Source: an uncultured Anaerolineaceae bacterium (GTDB lineage Bacteria; Chloroflexota; Anaerolineae; Anaerolineales; UBA4823). From it: DNA of 64,000 bases. The position numbers and the translations under genes are program-made. The stretch spans positions 27,287 through 91,286 of the forward strand of contig CAYLPS010000001.1 in the NCBI GenBank assembly GCA_964385625.1, written 5' to 3'. Of this stretch, positions 38,412-46,765 are shown in pieces. Within the stretch, counting starts at the first letter, position 1. Every line of letters starts with the position of its first letter. Under the pieces are notes generated by a model. That model was not told the origin of the DNA. It saw only the letters and a program-made list of their open reading frames with translations, and searched no databases.

Positions 38412-39545
38412 CTATACCCGTTCAATCACGGTAGCTGTTGCCATGCCGTGGCCGATGCACATCACCTGCAAGCCGTAAGTACCTTTGATGCGCTGTAATT
38501 CGTGGACAAGCTTGGTCATCAGAATGCCGCCCGTGGCGCCCAGCGGGTGTCCGAGCGCGATGGCTCCACCATTGGGGTTCACCTTCTCGAAATCCGGATG
38601 ATACTCCTGTGCCCAGGCCAGGATAACCGAGGCAAATGCTTCGTTAATCTCGATGACATCCATCTGGTCCAGATTCAATCCAGCGCGTTTCAGCACCTGC
38701 CTGGTGGCGGGTATGGGCGCCTCCAGCATGAGCACCGGGTCTGACCCGATTACAAATCGGCTGACGATGCGTGCCATTGGATTGAGATTGAGTGCTCCAA
38801 CTGCTTTTGCTGAGGCGATCACCAGTGCGGCACACCCATCGCTTATCTGGCTGGAATTTCCAGCCGTAATGACCCCACCTGGCTTGAAAACCGGTGGCAG
38901 GGCGGCCATTTTTTCGCGGTTTGGGGGCATGCGCACACCCTCATCGATCTTAACCACCCGGCCATCAGCCAGGGTGATGGGCAGGATCTGGCCATCAAAA
39001 TGACCATTCTGGATGGCATGCATGGCCCGCATGTGAGATTGGTAGGCATAGTCATCCAGTTCCTCCCGCGAGAGGTGGTATTTTTCTGCCATCAGCTCTG
39101 CGCTGATGCCCTGGTGGACCAGCTTATAGGGCATCCCTTTGGGCCACTCCTTGGGGTAGTCGGCGCCTAGGGGCTGGTGCGACATCATCTCGGTGCCGCC
39201 AGCGATGATCAGGTCCATATCTCCTACCAGGATGGCCTGGGCAGCAAAATGGACTGCCTGCTGGCTGGAACCGCACATGCGGTTTAGCGTGACTGCCGGC
39301 ACCTGCGGTGGAAACCCGGCGCGCAGGCTCGCCAGGCGGGCTAAATTGCCCCCCTGATCACCAATGGGAGTTACGCAGCCCCATATCATATCCTCTACCT
39401 GGTGAGGTTGAATGCCTGCACGCCTGGCGGCTTCCTGCATGAGCAAAGCAGTCAGGTCTACGGGAGAGATAGAAACCAGCGCACCTGTGGGCTTACCTAG
39501 CCCTACAGGTGCACGTACCGCAGAGATAATGAAGGCTTCTGTCAT
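38412..39545 (-). CDS. Acetyl-CoA C-acetyltransferase (thiolase)
   Basis: Nucleophile motif LNRMCGSSQQAV, plus NEAFASV, NPNGGAIALGHPLGATG and the C-terminal MCIGHGMA. Confidence 0.85.
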   Translation of the reverse strand: MTEAFIISAVRAPVGLGKPTGALVSISPVDLTALLMQEAARRAGIQPHQVEDMIWGCVTPIGDQGGNLARLASLRAGFPPQVPAVTLNRMCGSSQQAVHFAAQAILVGDMDLIIAGGTEMMSHQPLGADYPKEWPKGMPYKLVHQGISAELMAEKYHLSREELDDYAYQSHMRAMHAIQNGHFDGQILPITLADGRVVKIDEGVRMPPNREKMAALPPVFKPGGVITAGNSSQISDGCAALVIASAKAVGALNLNPMARIVSRFVIGSDPVLMLEAPIPATRQVLKRAGLNLDQMDVIEINEAFASVILAWAQEYHPDFEKVNPNGGAIALGHPLGATGGILMTKLVHELQRIKGTYGLQVMCIGHGMATATVIERV

Positions 39546-39687
39546 TACGATACCTCCTCGCGTACCATCTATAGCATACCATAATTATTACATGAGAAGA
39601 AACTCATAGCATTGGATTTTCCTTTGCCAAGAGGGCTTCAAACGGCTAAAATAATAGGGTTTAGGTATTGCGATCGAAGGAGCTCGT

Positions 39688-41013
39688 ATGGTTCAGGCAA
39701 CTTTTCATTTTCCACGTGGTTTCCTTTGGGGAACGGCCACCGCAGCATACCAGGTGGAAGGGAATAACCCCTACAGTAACTGGTATGCTTGGGAGCAGCA
39801 ACCAGGGCGCATTGCCCATGGTCATAAATCAGGTAATGCCTGTGATTGGTGGAATGGGCGCTGGCGTGAGGATTTTCAGCGCGCCGCTGATGGCGCACAG
39901 AACGCCCATCGCATGTCGATTGAGTGGAGCCGCATCCAGCCGGCTCCTGATCGATGGGATGAGCAAGCCCTGGATCGCTACGTGGAGATGGTGCGCAAGC
40001 TTTTAGAGCTCAACATCACCCCGCTGATCACCCTGCACCATTACTCCGATCCCCAGTGGTTTGCTGACCGGGGAGGCTGGGAGAATGAAGATTCAACCGG
40101 GTTGTTTGAGAAATATGTCCGCAAGGTGGTGCAAGCCTTAAAGGATTACGTGCGCCTGTGGTGCACATTCAACGAGCCTAACGGTTACGTGACCCAGGGT
40201 TTTCTTATTGGTGTGTTCCCGCCTGGTAAAAAGGATTTTACCCTCGGCTTCAGGGTCATGGTCAACCTGGTTCAGGCGCACGCGGCAGCCTACCATGCCA
40301 TTCACCAGCTCCAGCCCGAAGCCCGCGTGGGTATGGCGAATTACTACCGTGGATTGCAGCCGGCCAAACGCTGGTCACCCCTTGATCGGATGGCTACTAA
40401 TTTGCTGTTTACATTGAATGATGTTTTTCCCCGCGCGGCAACTGACGGGACGGTGAAATTTCTCGGGAAACGTAAAGTGGTGCCCCAGGCGAAGGCTACC
40501 CACGACTTCCTGGGGATCGACTACTATACCCGTGATTATGTCAGCTTCGATCCCTCGGTCCCGGGCGAGTTATTCAGCAGGCGCGAGTTTAAGCACGGCG
40601 CAGAGCTGAGCACCACCAAATTCCTGGCCAATGAGCCATCGGGAATGTTCGAAGCCCTTCGCTGGGGGCGCAAGTTCGACCTACCCATCATCGTCACCGA
40701 GAATGGCTTTGACGATGCAGACGACCACATCCGCCCGCGTTACATGGTGGAGCATATCCACCAGATGTGGCGGGCGGTGAATTTCAACTGGCCGGTTAAG
40801 GGCTACTTCCATTGGACGCTGGTGGATAACTTCGAGTGGGAGCGCGGCTGGACCCAGCGCTTTGGTCTGTGGGAGCTGGACATAGACACCCAGGCACGTC
40901 ACAAGCGCCCGAGCGCAGACCTATACGCCGCGATCTGCAAAGAGAACGGCCTGTCGGATGAGATGGTCAGGCGCTATGCACCGGCAGCAATGCCCGGATT
41001 ATTCCCTGAATAG
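39688..41013 (+). CDS. GH1-family beta-glucosidase
   Basis: FLWGTATAAYQVEG, acid/base motif TFNEPN and nucleophile motif VTENG. A GAAGGAG RBS is present. Confidence 0.9.
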   Translation: MVQATFHFPRGFLWGTATAAYQVEGNNPYSNWYAWEQQPGRIAHGHKSGNACDWWNGRWREDFQRAADGAQNAHRMSIEWSRIQPAPDRWDEQALDRYVEMVRKLLELNITPLITLHHYSDPQWFADRGGWENEDSTGLFEKYVRKVVQALKDYVRLWCTFNEPNGYVTQGFLIGVFPPGKKDFTLGFRVMVNLVQAHAAAYHAIHQLQPEARVGMANYYRGLQPAKRWSPLDRMATNLLFTLNDVFPRAATDGTVKFLGKRKVVPQAKATHDFLGIDYYTRDYVSFDPSVPGELFSRREFKHGAELSTTKFLANEPSGMFEALRWGRKFDLPIIVTENGFDDADDHIRPRYMVEHIHQMWRAVNFNWPVKGYFHWTLVDNFEWERGWTQRFGLWELDIDTQARHKRPSADLYAAICKENGLSDEMVRRYAPAAMPGLFPE

Positions 41014-41035
41014 GATATAGGTAGTAGAAGAGTAT

Positions 41036-41911
41036 ATGATCAATATCGATAGTTTAAATACGATCGTGTGCCGGCCGGCGCTGGCAAAAGATAAGGCCGA
41101 GGTCATGGAAATCAGCTCGCACATCTGGGAAGGCGGTGATTACCTTCCTCATGTGTGGGATGAATGGCTGGCAGACCCGCAAGGTTTGCTGGGTGTTGCC
41201 GAGCTTGGAGGCAGGGTGGTGGGGGTGTTCAAGCTCACGATGTTCCAGGCGGCTGAGTGGTACATGGAGGGTTTGCGCGTGCACCCCCATTACCGCGATC
41301 GGGGTGTCGCCTCTCACATCCACCACTATGTCTTGGAAACCTGGCGCCGTATGGGAGGCGGGGTCATCCGCCTGGTCACCGCCTCCTATAATGTCAAGGT
41401 GCACCACATGTGCGAGCAATCCGGGTTCAAGCGCATTAAGGAATTCATCTCTTACGGGGCTCAAGCGCTGGAAGGATCAGCCAGCAACCTTATCCCCTCA
41501 GAAATGGGTGATGCTCAGCGCGCCATGGATTTTGTGCTGCACAGCCCCACGCATGCTTTATCGGGGGGATTAATTAACTTGGGCTGGGTGTATGCTGACC
41601 CGCAGTTAAAGCACATTCAAGTAGCCATCCAGGAGAAACATGCCTGGTGGTGGAGAGGGGACGTGGGCTTCATCTCCATATGGGAGGATGAGGATGATGG
41701 AGAACTTCACCCGGGGATCCAGCTGGTGGCCTGCCCGGTGGAAAGCCTGGAGGAGCTATTGGTAGATTACCGCCGAATGATGAATGAATTGGGATATAAG
41801 ACCGCAGGATGGGTCGCTCCCAACGAGCCGGAGGTGATCTCAGCCCTGGGTAAAGCCGGTTTCCAGCGGAATTGGGACATTTCTCTGTACGTATTCGAGC
41901 TTAAAGCGTAG
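41036..41911 (+). CDS. GNAT-family acetyltransferase with a C-terminal extension
   Basis: The N-terminal GNAT core contains YRDRGVASHIHHYVLE (Q/RxxGxA-like). A further ~130 aa have unknown function. Confidence 0.5.
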   Translation: MINIDSLNTIVCRPALAKDKAEVMEISSHIWEGGDYLPHVWDEWLADPQGLLGVAELGGRVVGVFKLTMFQAAEWYMEGLRVHPHYRDRGVASHIHHYVLETWRRMGGGVIRLVTASYNVKVHHMCEQSGFKRIKEFISYGAQALEGSASNLIPSEMGDAQRAMDFVLHSPTHALSGGLINLGWVYADPQLKHIQVAIQEKHAWWWRGDVGFISIWEDEDDGELHPGIQLVACPVESLEELLVDYRRMMNELGYKTAGWVAPNEPEVISALGKAGFQRNWDISLYVFELKA

Positions 41912-41957
41912 CTCATCTGCAAGCCAGACTTCGCAAAAATCGGGCAGATTGTCGTTA

Positions 41958-41966
41958 TGGTATAAT
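41958..41966 (+). promoter_or_regulatory. Candidate extended -10 element upstream of tRNA-Ser
   Basis: TGgTATAAT lies 38 nt upstream of the tRNA 5' end. No convincing -35 was found. Confidence 0.3.
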
Positions 41967-42003
41967 GCGTCTCGCTGTCGCAAGACAACTTAATATTTTA
42001 TTC

Positions 42004-42093
42004 GGAGAGGTCGCGTAGTCTGGCCTAGCGCGCACGCCTGGAGAGCGTGTTACCAGTAATGGTACGTGGGTTCGAATCCCACCCTCTCCGCCA
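42004..42093 (+). tRNA. tRNA-Ser (anticodon GGA), encoded CCA
   Basis: Acceptor GGAGAGG/CCTCTCC, anticodon arm CACGC-CTGGAGA-GCGTG, long variable arm TACCA-GTAA-TGGTA, T arm GTGGG-TTCGAAT-CCCAC, discriminator G and CCA. Confidence 0.9.
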
Positions 42094-42203
42094 GTGAAAT
42101 GACACCTGTTCCATAATCTGGACAGGTTTTTTGATTACCAGCTCAATAAGTTGTGATAAACTAGCAATTGCAGCCTGTTCGCTGGTCGGCTGGGTATGGC
42201 TCC

Positions 42204-42512
42204 ATGAAAAAACAATTAGCCTTACGCACAATACTCATATTGGCTGGGGTGATTATCGCTGGAAGCGGGTTCCGCCCGGTCATGGCGCACCCTCCAGCAT
42301 ATGATGGCGCGGCTGTCTGGTCTGCCTCGGGCCAGCAAGACCTCCAGACGCCTGCTCCCTCTGAAGTATCACCCGCAGCCCTGGTTGAAACTCCCGAAGC
42401 GCGCCAGCTTCCGCCGGTGGGCAGCAATGCCGGCTTGCTGGTTGGAGCCAGCCTGATCGTGCTGATCATCATTGGGGGGGTATTGGGCACCCGGCGCAGG
42501 GCAAATCATTGA
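42204..42512 (+). CDS. Small secreted protein with a sortase-like tripartite C-terminal sorting signal
   Basis: Signal peptide MKKQLALRTILILAGVIIAGSG. The C-terminus has LPPVG, a hydrophobic helix (LLVGASLIVLIIIGGVLG) and a basic tail TRRRANH. Confidence 0.45.
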   Translation: MKKQLALRTILILAGVIIAGSGFRPVMAHPPAYDGAAVWSASGQQDLQTPAPSEVSPAALVETPEARQLPPVGSNAGLLVGASLIVLIIIGGVLGTRRRANH

Positions 42513-42532
42513 CAGGGTAAAATTCATGAGGT

Positions 42533-42658
42533 ATGCTTGCAGCGCTCCGGGTGGGTCCGGCGCGGCGGAACCCTTCGAAACCTGTCAGGTCTGAGAAGAA
42601 GCAGCAGTAAGGAGGATATTCCGGGTGCCGCCGGGAAGCTTGCCCGGAGTGTTGGTTA
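42533..42658 (+). ncRNA. ffs: Signal recognition particle RNA (small bacterial SRP RNA); ends approximate
   Basis: CCTGTCAGGTCTGAGAAGAAGCAGCA matches the conserved domain IV (GUCAGGUCC-GNRA-GGAAGCAGC) with a GAGA tetraloop. Flanking arms pair: CTCCGGG 42545-42551 with CCCGGAG 42643-42649, and CGGCGG with CCGCCG. A terminator follows. Confidence 0.7.
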
Positions 42659-42665
42659 AAATAAA

Positions 42666-42689
42666 CAAGCGGTGGAAGCCCACCGCTTG
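42666..42689. terminator. Bidirectional intrinsic terminator (ffs on +, TadG-like operon on -)
   Basis: 10-bp stem CAAGCGGTGG / CCACCGCTTG with loop aagc. The minus-strand reading is followed by TTTATTTT and the plus-strand reading by tcgtctt. Confidence 0.6.
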
Positions 42690-42713
42690 TCGTCTTATAT
42701 GCGCAATAAGAAA

Positions 42714-44006
42714 TCATTTTGACAGCTCAATCGAGGTTGGTTCTTGATATCCCTCGTCTGGCACGTAATCAACGAAGGTGTCTGCAGTGCCGCCAAGCTC
42801 AACATTCCAACCCACTACCTGTCCCCGGTAGGTGTTATAGCCAGTCCCATTCATGACTATCGTTGATCTTGGAGCAAGAATTAAGCCCGCATAAAAAGAT
42901 TCTGATGTTCCATTTAATTTCAATGAGATCGTATTATTAATCGGCAAGTAGATTAATAGTCCTGCTATAGCCGGATATGGATCTGGTGTATCCGAGGGAG
43001 CTGAGAGCTGGACTTCAGCATGTCCATTCACATGCACCCCTCCGTTTACCATATAAAGTGTCACCCCTTCTCCGTGAAGAACCTCATTGTTATTGATTTT
43101 TAAATCACCAGTAATACACCACAATCCTCCATCCAGGGTCACAGGACCATCCTTCAATTGATCGGATAATTCATCTGCGGTGATCTTGTTTGCTCTTGAA
43201 TCATCGCAGTTGGGTTCATCGATGTTGTAATTTGAGGTGGGAATTTGAAATTCCACTTCTTGAGGTTCTGGATACCAGTTCGCCTGGCCTTCTTCAAGAT
43301 CATTCCCGAGGGGAAGTCCGCCATCGATATAAACATCCGGATTACCATTGCCACGCAGGCAGCCATTGGAGAAAATACCACCGCCTGTCAGCTTAATATC
43401 ACTATCGCCATAGACAATACCGCCATTATTATGCCCAGAACAACCTTCTGGATTAAGCGCCACGATGGCATTCCCAAATACAATGGGTTGCGGGGGGCGA
43501 ACGCGGGTCACTGAATCTACCTCGTTGTGTAAGGCTTTTGGATATAGGATCTGCAGGAAATTGCTCTGCGTGGTAGCTGAGATCTCGGTGGTCACATCAA
43601 TGAATTTATCCACAAACCATATCGTGCCTTCATTGGTGCGGTAGGTTGTGCTTTTGCATTGCGCATTCACCTGATTATATAAGTCACTGGCACCTACCTG
43701 GCGATGAATGGTGAAATCATTCGCGGCAGCGCGCGATATGGCCGTGGCTTCGCCGACATTGATTGCATGCGCAACAACAGAACAATTCCAATTGCCATAA
43801 TCGATACCCTCTGATTGCAAGGTTACCGCAGTCTGAGCACCACCTGCCAGTGATGCGGCATCTGAAGCATTTTGAGTGTTGCGCCTGTCAGCCAGCACCA
43901 TGCCGCCATCAATGGCCAGGGCCACAAAGCCCAAGAACACGACCATGCCAATCGCCAGATATACGATCGCCTGGCCTCTTTCAGAATTTCGATTCTTAAT
44001 ATTCAT
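42714..44006 (-). CDS. TadG-like (Tad_N) pseudopilin-like protein with a large Gly/Asn-rich C-terminal domain
   Basis: The N-terminus SERGQAIVYLAIGMVVFLGFVALAIDGGMVLADRRNTQNASDAASLAG is typical of TadG-type N-terminal domains. The C-terminal part has repetitive G-rich beta-strand-like segments. Confidence 0.7.
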   Translation of the reverse strand: MNIKNRNSERGQAIVYLAIGMVVFLGFVALAIDGGMVLADRRNTQNASDAASLAGGAQTAVTLQSEGIDYGNWNCSVVAHAINVGEATAISRAAANDFTIHRQVGASDLYNQVNAQCKSTTYRTNEGTIWFVDKFIDVTTEISATTQSNFLQILYPKALHNEVDSVTRVRPPQPIVFGNAIVALNPEGCSGHNNGGIVYGDSDIKLTGGGIFSNGCLRGNGNPDVYIDGGLPLGNDLEEGQANWYPEPQEVEFQIPTSNYNIDEPNCDDSRANKITADELSDQLKDGPVTLDGGLWCITGDLKINNNEVLHGEGVTLYMVNGGVHVNGHAEVQLSAPSDTPDPYPAIAGLLIYLPINNTISLKLNGTSESFYAGLILAPRSTIVMNGTGYNTYRGQVVGWNVELGGTADTFVDYVPDEGYQEPTSIELSK

Positions 44007-44033
44007 CCTTGCCTCCTTAATCTGAATATATTG

Positions 44034-44468
44034 CTATGGGCAGGTCATCGGTTTTAAAATAGAATCATTAACCGTAGCGTGGATACTGATCGTTTGAGTT
44101 CCCAGGATCCAGCCTAAAAAAGGCATGGTGAGGGGAAAGTGAGGATAATCCACATTGACGAGGATGGTATTCCCCAAACATGGATAGTCGATATACCCGA
44201 TATTTATGGTCACATCAGTCTTCGGATTTTGGATAATCGTTCCCAGGTTATCCCACACATGCTCTTTGATCAAATCCAGGCTAGTGGGGTAGATTGTGCC
44301 GTAAGAAGCACCTTCCTGTGCTGCATCACGCAATGCCTGCCAGGTGAAAAAGGCACGTCCAAGGTCAATGGTGCCTGCTAGCAAGATCATCAATAAGGTA
44401 ATGGTCAGCGCCAGTTCGACCATGCTCTGGCCTCGTTCATTTCTGGGGTTTCTTCCTGACCTTTCCAT
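44034..44468 (-). CDS. TadE-like pseudopilin-like protein
   Basis: The N-terminus ERGQSMVELALTITLLMILLAGTIDLGRAF matches the TadE-like signature; 144 aa. Confidence 0.7.
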   Translation of the reverse strand: MERSGRNPRNERGQSMVELALTITLLMILLAGTIDLGRAFFTWQALRDAAQEGASYGTIYPTSLDLIKEHVWDNLGTIIQNPKTDVTINIGYIDYPCLGNTILVNVDYPHFPLTMPFLGWILGTQTISIHATVNDSILKPMTCP

Positions 44469-44535
44469 TCAAATCTCCTCTAAATTACCATCCAAATCAT
44501 TATCGAATTAGTAAAGGTGTGTTCATGACTCCATT

Positions 44536-45801
44536 CTATGGCTCTGTGTAAGTAGCTGAGAATGATTCGGAACAGGTCGTTCCGCTATCTAAATCAAGAT
44601 AGATTAATGTCACCGAATAATCACCGGTTTGTAATAGATCATTGAAAATAAAATTATAGGTCTGCTGGCCGCCGGGAGTAACCTCCCGCAGGTAGCCACC
44701 TCCAAGCCAGGAGGTAATATAAGCTGATGGAGGATGGACTAATCCCAGCCAAATCATGTTGGCTCCCACATCGATCTCGTTGAGATAAATCGGTGGTATC
44801 GGGGTTTCTGTCGGTGTGGGGGTGATGGTTGGCGTGCTTGTTTCCGTTGGAGTAGGTGTCGCGGTATCAGGTGGCTTGGTTGCAAGCACAATTATGGTCG
44901 GTTGTGTTTGATTGGACAGGATATTTAGAGTCATTGGCTCAAAAAATGTATTCAGGTATTCTGAAGCGGGAGGGTTCATATTTGGAGCTAAATTTGGATC
45001 AGGCCAGGTGATGCCTGCATAGATCATCCGAACCGGTCCGTTGCTCAAGCTGGTCAGTGTCCACCTAATGGTATTGGGGGTATTGGGATTGAATTCAAAA
45101 TCTCCACCATCGACAACACACATGGGGGTGGGAGTTATGGTGGGTGTTTCAGGTGTGGCGGATGGAGTACCCGGTCCGGGTGTCTCTGTTGGTGGTGGTG
45201 TATCGGAAGGCTCAGGTGTAGGTGGAGGAGGTAGGGTCGGTGGAGGTGGCGTGACCGGGGTGTTGGTGGGGATCGGAGGTAGAGAGGTACCGATAATGCC
45301 TACATCAACGAGAATCGTACGGGCATTCTCTGAGATAATATCGAAGCCATGAAGGCCGGTAAATGCAATCAGTGGCTCATAATGGCCAATTACGTGCACC
45401 CCGATGCGATCTCCCATGTTGATCATATCTGCGCCGTTTGCATCGATTGGAGGGCAGGAGTTGAGAATATGGTTGGTGTTCGGGCCGTGGTCATACCAGA
45501 TGGAGATGTCAGAATTATTGATAGGGGCTAGGACGGTATTGCGGTGCACTGCGGCGAGGATCCCCGAACAATCCATATACTTGCGGGCATTGAAGTTGCC
45601 CCCTGCTGCGCCATAACGCGCCCCTTCACGCGAAGCATTGGTTATCGCTGCATAAATGTAAAGCATTCGTCCAAACTCAATCAGCCCATAAGTGATTAAC
45701 AACACCAGCGGGAAAACCAGGGCGAATTCCACCATGGTCTGGGCATTCTCTTTTTTAATTTTTGGCCACAATTTTACCGGTTTTGTCATTTTCATTCTCA
45801 T
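44536..45801 (-). CDS. TadE-like N-terminal domain protein with two Pro/Thr-rich linkers and extra domains
   Basis: The N-terminus reads AQTMVEFALVFPLVLLITYGLIEFGRMLYIYAAITNASREGARYG. The linkers read PPIPTNTPVTPPPPTLPPPPTPEPSDTPPPTETPGPGTPSATPETPTITPTP and TATPTPTETSTPTITPTPTETPIPP. Confidence 0.6.
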   Translation of the reverse strand: MRMKMTKPVKLWPKIKKENAQTMVEFALVFPLVLLITYGLIEFGRMLYIYAAITNASREGARYGAAGGNFNARKYMDCSGILAAVHRNTVLAPINNSDISIWYDHGPNTNHILNSCPPIDANGADMINMGDRIGVHVIGHYEPLIAFTGLHGFDIISENARTILVDVGIIGTSLPPIPTNTPVTPPPPTLPPPPTPEPSDTPPPTETPGPGTPSATPETPTITPTPMCVVDGGDFEFNPNTPNTIRWTLTSLSNGPVRMIYAGITWPDPNLAPNMNPPASEYLNTFFEPMTLNILSNQTQPTIIVLATKPPDTATPTPTETSTPTITPTPTETPIPPIYLNEIDVGANMIWLGLVHPPSAYITSWLGGGYLREVTPGGQQTYNFIFNDLLQTGDYSVTLIYLDLDSGTTCSESFSATYTEP

Positions 45802-45875
45802 CTGTGGTTTATGGCAATATTAATTCCCAATAATATCATTTCCGCAATTAATTGTTCATCCCTTGCTACGTATAA

Positions 45876-45902
45876 TTAACGTGCGAGAATAGAATCCGTT
45901 AC
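45876..45902 (-). promoter_or_regulatory. ECF-type promoter candidate (GTAAC-N16-CGTT) for the TadE/TadG-like operon
   Basis: The minus strand reads gatGTAACggattctattctcgcaCGTTaattat, and the -10 ends 74 nt upstream of the ATG at 45801. The same element occurs upstream of the adjacent ECF sigma gene. Confidence 0.5.
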
Positions 45903-45999
45903 ATCCTGCCTCCATTATCTTATCATCCATAATAGTAAATATTCCCTATCAAATCTGTTAGGTGATGCCTGAGCAGCCACATTTTCCCACCAGGAGGGA

Positions 46000-46764
46000 T
46001 TACCGCAGGGCCATGACGCCAGCTTGAACTACCTGGATAGCCAGCTCGATTTCTGCATTTACGCCTTGCGGTGACGATTGCTGCAATATCCTCAGCATAG
46101 AGATTTCATTGGAGAGGGTGTGTTGCAATCCGGCAGTTGCCGGCTGCTTAGCAGCCCCGTCTGCTAGGGTCACCCTGTTAAGGGCGTGCAAGGAAGCGAT
46201 GATTTCCGATTCGAGGCGCGTCGTGGCAGCCGGCAGTTGGTCATAATCTCCATCTAAAACCAGCTCTACGAATTCGCTCGTCCGCTGGCGAGAGTATTCC
46301 ATATGTAGATTTGATCTATCCACCGGATCGAAGGTAAAGGCCAGCCTGGCATCTTCCAGGAACAGCTTGGTGGTGTAGAATGGGTCGCCTGGGATGGATA
46401 AGCGGGCAGTCAATGCCGTGCTATTGATCACCAGTGCCAGGAGCAAGATGATCATCACTGTTGACGCGATATTGAAAACCCAGTGCTGAGCAGTGTGCTG
46501 CCTGAAGATTTTTCCGAGCCATCCCTTTGGCTGGCTTTCCTCGATTTTTGTTTCCAGGTATTTGCGTGAATCATGGATATAGCCAGGCCTGGTAGCCAGG
46601 GCAAACCTGGCATCTCGCAGCCAAAGTGCAGCTTCCAGCCTTGGGCGCAGCTCATTCGCCATCTCGGGGAACTTTTCTACCACCGACTCGAGCGTTTCCT
46701 GCCCGTTCCCGATTGACGGTAAATAATCGTTGATAATTTTCTCGATCTGGCGTTCGGTTCTCAT
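46000..46764 (-). CDS. Membrane-anchored anti-sigma-factor-like protein (single TM, extracytoplasmic helical domain)
   Basis: The start ATG lies 1 nt after the sigma gene stop (caaTGAgATG). It has a cytoplasmic N-terminal ~100 aa, a TM helix (WVFNIASTVMIILLLALVI) and an outside domain beginning IPGDPFYTTKLFLEDARLAF (DUF5667-like). Confidence 0.6.
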   Translation of the reverse strand: MRTERQIEKIINDYLPSIGNGQETLESVVEKFPEMANELRPRLEAALWLRDARFALATRPGYIHDSRKYLETKIEESQPKGWLGKIFRQHTAQHWVFNIASTVMIILLLALVINSTALTARLSIPGDPFYTTKLFLEDARLAFTFDPVDRSNLHMEYSRQRTSEFVELVLDGDYDQLPAATTRLESEIIASLHALNRVTLADGAAKQPATAGLQHTLSNEISMLRILQQSSPQGVNAEIELAIQVVQAGVMALR

Positions 46765-46765
46765 C

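Noticed and set aside
42004-42093. The possibility that the long-variable-arm tRNA is tRNA-Sec, given selB in the window.
   Set aside because: The anticodon loop reads CTGGAGA, giving anticodon GGA rather than TCA. The acceptor stem is the normal 7 bp and the T stem is 5 bp, so this is an ordinary tRNA-Ser.
42469-42717. An 82-aa minus-strand ORF between the small secreted-protein gene and the TadG-like gene.
   Set aside because: It overlaps the SRP RNA and the terminator hairpin. The translation has no coding-like features, so the region is better explained as ffs.
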